From: Tubulanus polymorphus
Lineage: Eukaryota; Animalia; Nemertea
Direction: 5' to 3'
Length of the DNA stretch: 64,000 nucleotides
Assembly (NCBI RefSeq): GCF_964204645.1
Contig: NC_134030.1
Coordinates: forward strand, 2,334,678 to 2,398,677
Shown: positions 22,600-35,464 of the stretch, in pieces
Numbering within the stretch: the first letter of the stretch is position 1
Layout of the letters: each line of letters opens with the position of its first letter
Notes under the pieces: model-generated
The model's database searches: none
The model's input: the letters and a program-made list of their open reading frames with translations, nothing else
Told to the model about the DNA's origin: nothing
Translations under genes and position numbers: made by a program

Positions 22600-22735
22600 T
22601 TAACCGTCAAGTGCTGCCTGACGGCGAATCCGCGAACTAATATCACTCGCACGTCACAGTAGGAATGATGTGTATTCATATTAGTTCATAAATTTACCGC
22701 CTACGTAATTCAAAGGGGAAGCACTTGACGGTTAA
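22600..22735. mobile_element. MITE with TTAA ends (piggyBac-like target)
   Basis: TTAAccgtcaagtgct ... agcacttgacggTTAA. Confidence 0.7.
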
Positions 22736-23445
22736 GATTTGACAGACTGGCGGCGTCCGGCCGATGTCCGCAGAACAAATTTTGCACAAGGGAAAAACGT
22801 TTTTCCTTTGCGGCATTCACGTTGGCTTTTAAGCGAACCATAACTAAACAAAAAAGACCTCAGTTATATGTTTTTGCCCAGTTCCAGGTAAAAATGAACC
22901 ATTGAAGCACTGACAAAATACATTACTTAATACCTTCGAGTGCTCTTACTCTACCCCCCCTAATTTATAGTTTTACCGAAGTCGTTTGACCTTTTTGAAG
23001 AATGCGCATAAGCTAATGACGTTTGGTGTGGATGCGACCTTAACAAAGAGAGGAAAATAGAATCCTAATGACTTGCTTGTAAAAACTCTCACGGGGCAAT
23101 CAGACGCCAACACGCAAACTGTAGACACATTTTATATACATACATCTAACCGAATAATGCGAGATAATATTCACTACGCTCAGTTCGCTGTGGTGTTTGC
23201 CACGTTTAGACGTCGTCCATAGGACCTTGTTGTTCCACGATCTTCCCATTATTAATGGCGACTAGGGGGCGCTGGTGTCGGAAGTAATCAGGGGCTAATT
23301 GCTCCAAATCTGGTAAGAGTTATCCAGTGGATAGTTGACATAGTGACAATTAAATAATGGCCCCAGGTCCATCTGCTAGTAGTCAGCGGTTTTTCCACAG
23401 AGATCTCCGTCGCTCTCTAAACGATCCTATTGTAACAAGATCTTA

Positions 23446-23993
23446 CTAATGTCTATTTATTAATGGATGAGACCTGTTTTTCTGGGATATTTTGCTTACT
23501 TTTTGGGATACATACCTCATTTATGTCTTAACAGAATGCCAAAAATCGCGGACAACAACTGAATATCCAATATTATTCCAGTTCTGTACCAATTAGATGG
23601 ATTGGCAAAAAGACTCCTTAAGTCCAGTTGAATGAGAGAGAAAATCCTCCATTTTGTGAAATTTCTTGGATTTGAACATTGTTACCATGCCTACGCCACC
23701 CTGATTTAGTTGTTGAGACCCCACAAGAAAAATAACTTCATTTTGTAGGCATGGTGACAATGTAAAAATTCAAGAAATTTCACAAAATGGAGGATTTTCT
23801 CTCTCATTCAACTGGACTTAAGGAGTCTTTTTGCCAATCCATCTAATTGGTACAGAACTGGAATAATATCGGATATTCAGTTGTTGTCCGCGACTTTTGG
23901 CATTCTGTTAAGACATAAATGAGGTATTTTTCCCAAAAAGTAAGCAAAATATCCCAGAAAAACAGGTCTCATCCATTAATAAATAGACATTAG
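23446..23993. mobile_element. Foldback element with about 250-bp near-perfect inverted arms and a spacer of about 50 bp
   Basis: 23446 to about 23694 is the reverse complement of about 23745-23993, with few mismatches. It is flanked by the direct repeat tctta (23441-23445 and 23994-23998). Confidence 0.88.
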
Positions 23994-25422
23994 TCTTAGA
24001 AGGTTATGTCTATTAGAAAGCCGTCGCCTTTTAACATTTGAATTCAAACTAACCGTCGCACTCACGTTCATATGACGTATACAATACGTGTGTTCAATCA
24101 CGGTCGACTTCTTGTAATAATATTATTGAAAATGCAAAATCCGAATCTTTCACTCATTCAGTTCGTAGTTCTTATCCTATAATTTAAGAACACGAATATG
24201 CAACTATATTGGAAGTAAATCGGATTAATCTTCAATCCTCGGCTCTGAGTCCTGTGGCGCTGATATAATAAAGCTTGAGTTCAACGACGTGTACATTGAT
24301 TCTCCTCTCCGCTACAGAATAAAAACAGATATATATCTAAGCAACAACGAACGGTGTTGTCTGTTGTCTTTTCATTTAAATACGAAGACAAATTTAAATC
24401 TGTCGTCGCGCCGGCGAGAGTTGGGAGGCGATAATTGAAAAAAGCAAATTATCATTCAAACACACTCGGCGGTGGCGTCTCGCATGCCGAATTAAGCTTA
24501 AGGCAAATAAGAACGAATTGAAGTTCTCTCATATGAACTTGAAATTAATTTGTGAACATTTTTCCTCCCGTCGGATTGCGAGTTTCGCCAAGAACTTTAT
24601 GGTGTTTGATTTTTAACATCAGCCATCCAGTCAGTCAGTCAGTACTGAGCGCTCATGGGTATAAAAATAAAAACACGCCGGAACTAGTGCGACATATTTA
24701 TGCAAATGAGATGCTGGTAAGCGCGCGGCGATGCAGCGAAAATGAATCGTATTTTAACTAGAAATCAGACTTGTCGGATCCGGTGAATTGACGGAATGAA
24801 TTGTAGATTCACACGTTTTTCGTCTGTCTCGGAGGAGCGATTAGAAAGAGAGAGATAGAAAGATTGCTGGGTTGTTTGAAATAATGGATTTATGAAATTC
24901 ATTTCTTTGTTTTAATCGCGATCATACTGAATAAATTTCACAGTCGCACTGCGCGTTCGATGAATTCGTGGAATTCCATTCTCAAAGGCGGAAGTTGGTT
25001 TACATATGGAACGTGGTTATGGACTTCTGACAATTCTTCAGGCGAGCGTTTGATAAGGCGTGGAGCCCGACGGTCACCAGCTATCCCACCAGATGGCGCG
25101 CATGACCGAGGAACGCAGATTGATCTTTAGCATGCATTACTAGCTCGACCTTTTTGTAGAATTTAAGAAGTTATTGATCAATTTTAATTGAATCTGAGAA
25201 GAAATTCAGGCGTCGTCGTCTAAATGTCCGGCCATTAGCGACACCTGGCGGATGCTTGCATGCCACAACTTCACTCAGGCCTGGAAATGGTTGTATCCAA
25301 GGTGATCTCCGTCGTGCGTTTTGTAGTTAATGTTAAAAATCAATTTGATCACCTCTGAACATCATATCTATCCGAAATTCCAAGTGTCCCCAGACAAACT
25401 TATGTTATAACCTTATAACCAG

Positions 25423-25561
25423 GGGCCAGTTGCATAGTCGTGACTTAAGTCCAAAAATGGTCTTAAATCTTTAGACTGGTCTAAAAGTTGTTAGATTGGC
25501 TATAGAACTAATTTGGTCTTAGACTGGTCTTAAGTCTAAGCCATGACTATGCAACCGGCCC
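25423..25561. mobile_element. MITE, GGGCCAGTTGCA family (PIF/Harbinger-like, CWG flanks)
   Basis: TIR gggccagttgcatagtcgtg / catgactatgcaaccggccc with CAG/CTG flanks. A full copy is at 34414-34532, and fragments lie near 1420-1540, 15690-15885, 33410-33490, 46670-47085, 51410-51600 and 57110-57215. Confidence 0.85.
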
Positions 25562-25667
25562 CTGTTGTTTTTGTATCACAAATAATCTTAAGTTTGTCAG
25601 AATAAATGAAAATGAAAATGAAATTGATTTTCTAGTTGCCCAACCTTCAACTTCTCTTCAGTTATAA

Positions 25668-25888
25668 GGCTAAACAAAATTGATACCTTGTTTCTCCGCT
25701 CTGCTGAGCTTAAATGTTGACCCAGCCGGCCGCCTATCTACCCTATACATTACTTTTTTTAAAAATCGTGATCAATTTTACCATAACAGACCCGGCCGCT
25801 ATAGAAATGAACTGTTTATAAATTTTATCATATTTTACAAAAATGACCCGGCCGCTGCGGAGAAACAAGTTATCATTTTTGTTTAGCC
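25668..25888. mobile_element. MITE with about 30-bp TIRs and TAA duplication (Tourist/Harbinger-like)
   Basis: TAA-ggctaaacaaaattgataccttgtttctccgc ... gcggagaaacaagttatcatttttgtttagcc-TAA. Confidence 0.8.
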
Positions 25889-26449
25889 TAACGCTGTATT
25901 TGAAGGTCTATTGCAGTTACGATGCTGAAGCTGCGGTGTTTTTGTAAATATATCTTTCTTTTTGTGCTTCATCTTCAGTAAGGCGACGAAAAGAAAATAG
26001 AGCTTAATTTCATCTTTGATAAACGTCTTCACTTTGAAATGTTTCCTGTTTTCGAACCGTGTATATAACACATCAAGTCGTCCAGACGCGTCATGCCTAA
26101 GACGATCACAAACCCCTAGCGTCTTATCTGCGATACCGTCAAACGCTTTGATGTACGTTAAACAAATCGGTCTGCGCATACTCGATAGAAATTCGGCGTG
26201 CATTATCTGGGTATCAGACGGGTATCAGACGGGCTGTTTCGATACATGTTTAAAACATATAGTTTGACTTAATACACATTCACTTTTGACGTTCGTAGAA
26301 TATCAATTTATGGTAATGATTGAAAACTCCGATTGAAACTTCGGTCATCGAAAAACAATGAACTGATTGCAGCGATGTGAAATGTGTCTTTGAAATCGAA
26401 AACGTCTCGGGGATGGATGTCTGTGTCAAAATATGAAAGGGGATGTCTC

Positions 26450-26978
26450 TGGGAGAGAGAGAGAGGGGGAGAGAGTCAGCGAGCAGGGAGGGAATCAGGG
26501 AGAGGGAGAGACAGTCATGGAGAGGGAGTGGTAGTCAGGGAGAGGGTGAGGGAGCCAGGGAGAATGAGAGGGAGTCATGGAGAGGGTCGGGAAGAAGGAG
26601 TCAGGGTCATGGAGAGGGAGAGGGTGAGGGAGTCAGGGAGAGGGAGAGAGAGAAAGAGGGTGAGGGTGAGGTAGAGGGAGAGGGAGAGGGAGTCAGGGAG
26701 AGGGAGTGGTAGTCAGGGAGAGGGTGAGGGAGTCAGGAAGAATGAGAGGGAGTCAGGGAGAGGGTCGGGGAGAGGGAGTCAGGGTCATGGAGAGGGTGAG
26801 GGAGAGGGAGTTAGGGAGAGGGAGAGGGAGAAAGAGGGTGAGGGTGAGGTAGAGGTAGAGGTAGAGGGAGAGGGAGTGGGAGAGGTAGAGAAAGAGGGTG
26901 AGGATGAGGTAGAGGGAGAGGGAGTCAGGGAGAGGGAGTGGGAGAGGGTGAGGGAGAGGGCGTGAAGGAGAGGGAGTC
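26450..26978. repeat. GA-rich low-complexity satellite (agggagagggagtc-type)
   Basis: Directly visible. Similar purine/pyrimidine tracts at 31516-31690, 51940-52150, 52285-52345 and 53728-53992. Confidence 0.9.
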
Positions 26979-27848
26979 ACGCGAAGCGGATCGTCGTTTT
27001 CGACCACAATGAGTAAATGTATAAGTAAAGTGCCGCTGGCGGGTTCAATGGTAAACGATACAACCAAGATTTACGGCTCGTTTATCTGACGTTAGCAAGG
27101 CGTAAAATATGCCATTTACGCGCGACATATGTCGTAATAGACGGTTAAGAAGCACGATATTATACGGCCAGGGGCATCGTCGCCAATTTGATGTACGGCG
27201 ATCCAATAACATCCAATAACCCGATCGACTAACTTAGAAAGAGAGGCGCAAGAGAACTAAGAATGACTTGGTGCTCTTACGCGCGTGGATTTATGTATAC
27301 GATATTTACGATTGACACCGCACTCCACAAGCTGCGGTCGTTTTTTCAATTTCAGATGTACATATAGATTTTATTTATTGCCCAGCGAAAAGATGAAGAG
27401 AATTTCCGCAAAATGCTTTTACCAGATATCGACACGGGCGGCTAATATTTCATATTTTTGATCTAATAAACTAGAATACTGCGTGTGTAGTGTACAGAAA
27501 AGATCCCGGTCGCCTTAGACAATTTCCGTGCGAAGAAACGCGTCCGTTTGATTTGCGTTCACAAACAAGTCTTGTTGTATAATATTTGAACAGGTTTTTT
27601 TCTATTGAAAGTGATGATACATCATAATCCACACAGTGTACCAGACGTCGTGGACGCTGAATCTTTTAATCAAATTCCCCGATTTGAAACGTAGATAAAA
27701 CGTTTGTAAATAATCTTTTTCTATAATCATATTCTATCTGTTACCCAAATACAGAATGCATTCAAATCAGGGCCTGTAGTTCTATAGACCGGGTATCAAT
27801 GTTTATACTCCTTTATAATCCTAAATTTGGGTCTGGTTTACAGTTCTG

Positions 27849-27921
27849 GATCCAGTTCCACAGTTGTGAGTTAGAGTTAACACTGAGTTGAAATCTTAAC
27901 TTACAACTGTGGAACTGGACC
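27849..27921. mobile_element. 73-bp MITE, GATCCAGTTCCACAGTT family, CTG duplication
   Basis: ctg-gatccagttccacagttgt ... acaactgtggaactggacc-ctg. Related copies near 30045-30330, 37287-37510, 51610-51725 and 59500-59590. Confidence 0.8.
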
Positions 27922-28259
27922 CTGGGGTACAGATCTCAGGCGCCATGTTTTGGGGTACCCACTCGGTCTACATTGTCGAATTGTTTGTCCCTATTTTTCC
28001 ACGTTTGATATTTTAGTTTCGTTCATATCTCTGGATTTGATTAAGATGGAATCATGAACTCAGCTGATAATTACCTCCATACTGCAACAATTACGCGCTG
28101 GTTAGGTTATTCACATTGATATCGTCTTCCAAATTGTCCATCTCGTTCGAAAGTTCGTAGTTCTAACAAATTTCGATTTACGATTTTTTGAAGTTTTCAG
28201 GATCAGAAGATTATCAGCTTGTTCATAAAAAATGGCATATTCGAAACAAGCGACAATGC

Positions 28260-28466
28260 TAGTTGTCGAATAAACACTATAATCCGTGTAAACTGTAGAT
28301 AAATGAAGAAATCCCACACTTCGAATTTGAAATTATATGATCAAATTTACTATTACGAAACCACAACGTTTCGGCTGTTGACTAACAGTCATCATCAGGT
28401 GGAATGATACGTAATAATAAATTTGATCATATAATTTCAAATTCGAAGTGTGGGATTTCTTCATTT
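28260..28466 (-). mobile_element. Hammerhead-containing insertion inside 58-bp inverted repeats, with a 12-bp flanking direct repeat
   Basis: Hammerhead motif at 28361-28402 (-): CCAC-CUGAUGA-U-GACUGUU(aguc)AACAGCC-GAAA-CG-UU-GUGG. Arms 28300-28357 and about 28410-28467; aagcgacaatgc at 28248-28259 and 28467-28478. Confidence 0.75.
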
Positions 28467-29094
28467 AAGCGACAATGCACTATCATACAGTCATATTCTG
28501 CCGAAAATAAACGTTATTCGATTTATATTTTATTCATTAACTGTTTAACGCTTTACGATAAAAAGTGCGTGCATTATCTACAGAACACAAATTGACAGTG
28601 AAAAAAATGAAAACACCTATTAAAGAAAAAATTGGGCGTTTTGTTATAGGATGAACCGAGATGTGAACTGTATATAGTATGGACTGGTGATGCGCGCATT
28701 CCGTCGTATCGACAAAACTGATGAACATGATATTTTTACGATACAAAGATCGACGTGAAATTGATATTTTTGCTGTTTTATGTTGACATTTTTACCATTT
28801 ACCGCGTCCCCGCCGGTTAAGTGCGCACTTAACTCGCAATCTATATCGGTATGCGTGCCTGAGATACAAATCATGTACATCCACCATTCGTTCAATACCG
28901 CACTACAGCGACCCGAACCGGTTCTATCCGATATTGAAAAAAACATTCATCTTTGTTTTAAAAAACATTTTTCAAAACGTTTTATCAACATTTCAATGGA
29001 GTTGGGTTTATTCATAAGGGTCGTTGAACGCCAGCCATTTGCCACCAGTTCGAAACCGAGGGTTCTAACTGGATCCGGTTCTGAAGCATCCTCG

Positions 29095-29405
29095 CTTGCC
29101 AGGGGTCCGGTATCACTCCCGAACTCGCTTCCACCAGCCCCCTGGCCTCACGAAGCGTGATTTCATTACTGGCGCTGTTGCGCATGACGTCATATATCGA
29201 TTTGCGAAATACTTCCTGGTTCAGTAAAACGTTCGCTGATTGGTCAATTTAACGGGAAAACCGATAGAAGCCTAAAGTCGTTTGTTACAAGCGCTGTGAT
29301 TGGTACGACCGGATTCTGGTCGGCTAGTAACGACTCCAACGACTCGTGAGGTCAAGAAGGGGTTCGGCGAACAGCTTTAGCGTAGTGGGTTCGAATCCCT
29401 TGACA
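29095..29405 (+). mobile_element. Interspersed repeat ending in a B-box (GGTTCGAATCCC); second copy at about 45290-45585
   Basis: About 300 bp is collinear with 45290-45585, including shared acaagcgctgtgattggtacgaccgg...ggctagtaac...gactcgt.aggtcaag. Confidence 0.75.
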
Positions 29406-30386
29406 GGTGAAGATCGTTCTGAAGCATAAGTAGCTGCTGCTGCTGCTGCTGTTGTTGTTGTTGTCGCCGTATTTAAGGACTGGTAACTTCTCAAACTTAG
29501 AAAGAAAAGCATGATCGCCGACTGCCAGAAGGTCGCATACGACTGAATCCATTGGAACGAATTCCAATCAGAATTTTTAAAACAAAAAATCAACGAAAAC
29601 TAAAAAAATCATTTTCATTTCTTCATATATCGTGTATTTTGTAAGGAAAATAATATGTCCACTATCGGTATTCGATTTTATGTATAATATAACAATATAT
29701 GTTAATGATGACGTCATATAATTCAAAGCCTCGTTTAGATACAGACAATACATGAATCATATATACATATACATATACACACATATAATTGAATATCAAT
29801 AATAATCATAATAATAATAGTATTTATGATAATAATATTTGTAATGATAATAATATTTGTAATGATAATAATAATCATTATTTTGTAACATTGTTGAATT
29901 CTATTTATAAGTTAAGAACCGGTAAGAATTTCATTGTCATTTGAATAAAAGAAATTTTAACACTATCTGTTTCTCATGGTAAATCCTTTTTTCGATATTG
30001 TGATATGAAACAAAATATCCATTAATCATTTTCATGATTTTTGACCAAGTTGCACAATTGTGAATTCGGGTTAAGTCTGAACTCAGGATAAAGTTCCTCA
30101 GTTGTGAGTTTGGTTTAACTCTGAACTCAGGAGCCAGTTCCACAGTTGTCAGTTACTGAACTTAATCAGCTTCTTGAATTAGATTTATTAGAAAGTTAAC
30201 AACTGCATGAGTTATAAGGTTGTTCCGAATTTGTGACTAAGAGTGACTCTGAGTTGATATTAGTTCATTTTCGTGAGTCGTATGTTGAGTTAGATTGAGT
30301 TAACTCACAACTGCAAAACTCGGTCTAGGTCACCACATTTCCCTCGATAGAGATCAGAGTTAAGAATGGAAATAAACTAAATCCAA

Positions 30387-30645
30387 TTAGAGTCAAAGTA
30401 AGATAACAGTGAACTGTTGGACTGTTGGACTGTAGGACCTGTAGGACCTGCAGAACCTGTAGGTCTCACCACGTACTGGGAGATGATGATTATCCTAGAC
30501 ATAAACACATTGAATGAATTTATTTAGAGTCAAAGTAAGATAACAGTGAACTGTTGGACTGTAGGACCTGTATAGGACCTGCAGAACCTCTAAGTCTGGG
30601 GGATGATGATTATCCTTGACATAAAAACATTGAATGAATTCATTT
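30387..30645. repeat. Direct tandem duplication of about 120-135 bp
   Basis: ttagagtcaaagtaagataacagtgaactgttggactg...gatgatgattatcct.gacataaa.acattgaatgaatt occurs twice. Confidence 0.85.
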
Positions 30646-32280
30646 ATTTGATTTATAGGATTTGACTCGAAAATAACTCATTAAAAGTTAACTAATTTTA
30701 ACTCACAGAGTTAACTCACGACTAAGGAACCGGGTGACGTGTAGTTTATCCGAGGTGACGCCATTGTCCCAGGCAATCGACTCCGTATAGCAGGGTCTAT
30801 CAATACTACCGTATGATGAAAACAGTTTTACACGAAACGTATGGATTCCTTTTTTCTAATATTTCAAGAGGTTCAAAGCGGGATTAACGAATGTGAAATT
30901 TCTAAATCCCTGTCGCGATGATAACAGAACGATTGTCTAGGATTTATCAGCAGACGGCGATGCGGCGTGTTTGTCGTTAATATCGTCCACACCGCATTGT
31001 AAAAATAATAAATCTATTCCGAACCGGTCGGGAATCGAATTATATATGAACATTACACCGAAAATCCTCCACGGTGATAAATCAATTTTTCTACCGTCGG
31101 TCCTAAATCTATGAAATATTAATACGCGATCTGGGATTATATGTGGAAACCGAAGTACGGTTGTTAGTAAGTCTTTATACCTGCGCGGCGTGTATATATA
31201 TATACATGAAGCGAGTCCCAGGGGTCGAGGATTAGATAGTTAAGTATCTACGTCAATGATTCGCCCGGGATATATAGAGATTTAGGGAAGTGTCGTAGAT
31301 TCTATTTTATATCGGTAATATGCACATATGCAACGATGAAAATATGGGAAAACGAGGATGGCGTTAATGCGCGGCGGCGGGTTGCGGTGACGATAAACAT
31401 TAAAATCGCACCAGAACAAAATTTTCGCGATCGACGTCGCCTTGAATTATGTAGTGTTTTCACTCGTGATTCGAGTAATTTTTTTTCATCAAAGATGCAG
31501 ATTGTATAGGCTAGTCCCTCTCTCTCATCCTCCCTCTCTTTCTCTCGCCCTTCCTCTCTCCCTCATTCTTTCTCTCCCCCCTCTCTCTCTCTCTCTCTCT
31601 TTTTCTCTGCCTCTTTCCCTCCCCTTATCTCTCTTTCCCTCTCTCCCCGCCCTCGCCTTTTTCTCTCATTTCCCCCTCCTATCTCCACTCCCTGCACAGA
31701 CTCTCGATAATCGACATTAATAGTGATTGATTTTAGTTCTAAATATGAAAACGAACAGAATATTATAATCAACGAAGTGCGTGTGATGTGTAGTAATCTG
31801 ATACGCGTCCATATCAATTCACTTTTCGTATAAACACTTTAAAAAAGTAATCGAATCAAATTCCGTCCTTGTAAAATATTTAAAAAAAAAACTTACATTT
31901 TACGAACGGCGTTAAATTCGAGTTTATGTCAATATTCGTTTCACTATACTATACACATTTTATACGACATGAAACGTTCATGAGCAAAACTGTTGAATTT
32001 GATTTTGATAAAAATTTTCCCGTATAGATTACAGTAAAAACATGTAGGTTATATATTAGTAACATATTCTCTCCTCGTGGACTTGATCTTAAAAATGTGA
32101 AAAGCTGATTGGTCGAAGCTTGGCTATGACGTCATTCCCAGTGCATCTTGAAAAAATAATACGGATAATGCTCCGGTGATAAGTCCGGTGATTTTATCGA
32201 CACGGCCACGTGTGATTTCCATTCTAGTTTTACATGCTGTCCTAGCGGTAGGCTTAGCGATTGAGCCTACCCGAGCGCAG

Positions 32281-32414
32281 GGCCCAGTTTCACGAAAAAG
32301 TTTAAGCTTGAAACACGGTTAAGTTTGAATTGTTTTCCTCATTAAAAACATCAAGTAACCTGAATGGCAATTACACCAAAAATCTTTAGTTTAACATTTT
32401 CGTGAAACTGGGTC
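32281..32414. mobile_element. MITE with GGCCCAGTTTCACGAAAA TIRs and CAG duplication
   Basis: cag-ggcccagtttcacgaaaa ... ttttcgtgaaactgggtc-cag. Confidence 0.8.
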
Positions 32415-32712
32415 CAGGTTATCAGAAGTATCTTGTGAAGGACATTTTTGATCACTGAAAAAAGCATATTCGGAGGCGTATGAGCATCATTGCCTTTGAA
32501 ACTTTGTGGATGGGTTAGAAAAATCTTACAGCAAGATGAAATGATCTTCTTTATCATCCTACTAATAATACGAGAGAATTTTATAAGATTCCATTTAGAA
32601 GATTATATTCAGAAAAGGGCAACTGAAAAGACTCCACAGAACTTCAATCACAACGGTCTGCAGTATTCCTTAGAATTGTTGAAATATTGACCTCATTAAA
32701 AGAAACTAAACG

Positions 32713-32715
<3 letters not shown>

Positions 32716-32807
<92 letters not shown>
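32716..32807. repeat. (AAT)n microsatellite
   Basis: Directly visible. Confidence 0.98.
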
Positions 32808-32808
<1 letters not shown>

Positions 32809-33577
32809 GGTTTTCTGCCGAACAGATAGAAATTGACCCTAAATATGCAAAACAATCACGATGTTTGTTTTAACGACGAAAACGCACTATATTCAACATG
32901 ACACATGCAATTTACCGATTCACACCACCTACGCTAAAAATCAGCGTTTCTGCTTGTGGCCACTTCGTCTTCACAGCCATATACTTGAGAGCCTTATATT
33001 ATTGAGACACTATAACTAAACACCGCACGGTGTATCATACTTACACTCACACACGCGACGTAAGCATCACTTCATGCGTGCACCATTCACCACGAATCAC
33101 ACCACAGCAGCAGCTGCTGCTGCTATAATAGCATATAATAGAGGTAATGGTACAATTAGGTTTTCATCAAACACCTACTGAAACATGTAACACATTTCTC
33201 GGGCTAGGGTAATTCTGGTACAGCCAATCAGTCAAATTCACCGCCCCCCCCCCCCCATATATCACCATACCGATGTGAGCTGTATATATGACAGTCCAAG
33301 CAAAAGCGATTGCCCGAGCCTATCATATAGCTCAGTGGAAGCTACACCCGAGTCAGCCCTGGCAATAGAGGCTGCCCGAACCTGCCTTCGCGATAAATTT
33401 TGGATTTATCACCGACCTTACAACTTAAGACCAATCTTAAGATTTTGAACCAATTCGACTTAAGTTATACGTTTGACTGTGCAACTAGGCTGGTAACCGG
33501 GGTTCAATGGATTCAAACCGTAAATAAGGCTTATTACAATTCACTTTCTTTCACTCAAGAATCAAGGGGAGCTGGTG

Positions 33578-33677
<100 letters not shown>

Positions 33678-34413
33678 CCTTGAAATGAAAAAGTCAAGTA
33701 GCTGCAGGTGTTAATTTTGCAGGTTTTCTTATTTATCCGTTGTGAAGATTAAGATCCGACACACGCACGCACATGCACGCACACACACGCACACGCACAC
33801 ATATTCATAGATTCATTCAATATCTATAATTCTAACACGAAACCACACTATAAACATTTGCACACGCATTCACGTGCACACCGCACACAACGCACACCTT
33901 ACAACAAATATTTTAACAAGAAAAAATATCTTAAAAAAAACTCAACTATTTTTTGTGTGTGGCAACACAACCGGCAACGCATTAGAATTCCAACAAAAAA
34001 AAAACTAAAAGTAATAACACAAATAACAACAATATGTTTGTATAATATACAATGATTGAACCTTTTAACGAAGACAATACGAATAATTGCAGAACTATTT
34101 ACATGAAACAGATACATTTACTGAGATTTCGTGATTTTTTTTTCGAATGAAATTCGTACCACATAAAGTTTTATCACTATTATACAAATGTCAATGCTAA
34201 AATTGTATATCTTGATATATCTTATATAATGATAATATATGCTGCTGACAAATGTTGTTTGTACCTTGCACCAGCTCAGTCGACCAGCTGCATGTACGAC
34301 AGACAACTCGGACAACCCGCAGCCTCGAGCCATCTGCGCTATCTGTGTACCTTACCCCTTCAGACATTCGATCACCTTTTTACTTTCTCACAAAACTGAT
34401 CGTTAAGACTCAG

Positions 34414-34532
34414 GGGCCAGTTGCACAGTCGTGATTTAAGTCCAAAAGTGGTCTTAAGTTGTTAGATTGTCTATAGAACTAAGTTGGTCTTAGACTGGTC
34501 TTAAGTCTAACCCATGACTATGCAACCGGCCC
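34414..34532. mobile_element. MITE, GGGCCAGTTGCA family, CAG duplication
   Basis: cag-gggccagttgcacagtcgtg ... catgactatgcaaccggccc-cag; homologous to 25423-25561. Confidence 0.85.
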
Positions 34533-35464
34533 CAGGTCTCCTGTCAGGTCCCGAGGTATTTTTTGTTTAAAACTGAATACACCCTAAATAAAGTTTAGAA
34601 CAGTCACAATGTCAACACTTCATCAATCAAAATGTGTCGATTTGAAGAATGAATCCAGTTCTCAACGGTTCTTTCATTCGAGATCTAAATTGATGGTTTG
34701 TTAAAAACCCACTATGTACAAATTTTAAACTAAAAACCTAACGACGATGATCTCTAATGAGAGTTCGAAACGTCGTGTCCTCTGTTTCTTTTTTTATATA
34801 TTGTTGATAATAATTTTGTTTTCAAATTTGTACATAGTGTGTTTACATCTAATAACCGGTTCTCCACGCTTGAGTGTCCGGGTTACTCTACATCAATAAG
34901 TTCACTTTCAATGTTTTGAATCTCGAGAGTAAAATCGTAATTGTGAATTGTGGAACTGGACCCTGGATCATAACCATGATATAAGCACGAAGAATTATAG
35001 GTTAGTAACGCGTATGCACGGGAAGCGAATGTTTCGTTGAAAGCAATTTAAATTGATCACCGTGTCTTGAACTTATTGAGTTTGTTCTACAAATAGCCCG
35101 TAAAACGCGTCTCTCGTCGCATTCATTTAGATTTAAATTAAATTTGCGCGCAGAGTGAAATCTACATTGAAACAAATGACAAACCCTCGAGAGAGATTCC
35201 CCGACCCAAAGTCATCGTCTGAAGGCAGCGTCCAAAAAGTGCGCGTACCCCAAAATCAACCTTTTTTTCTGAGCGAACCACTCCCTCCCCGTGCCGCATT
35301 TACCAGTTCCAAAAAACTAGAACCATCCTGTTTGACAGCGGAACGTAGTTTTTGAACATTTAGTTGTTAGTTTATCTTTACTTGATTTTTACAAAAAAAT
35401 GAATCGTCAGAACACATTTTTTACAGTTTCCCAAAGTTCATTCGTTTGACGTTTTAAGCCGATG

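Noticed and set aside
29350-29410. tRNA genes at GGTTCGAATCCC motifs (also about 2110, 20412, 39990-40050, 45570, 61712)
   Set aside because: B-boxes are present but I could not build a full cloverleaf, and they lie within interspersed repeats.
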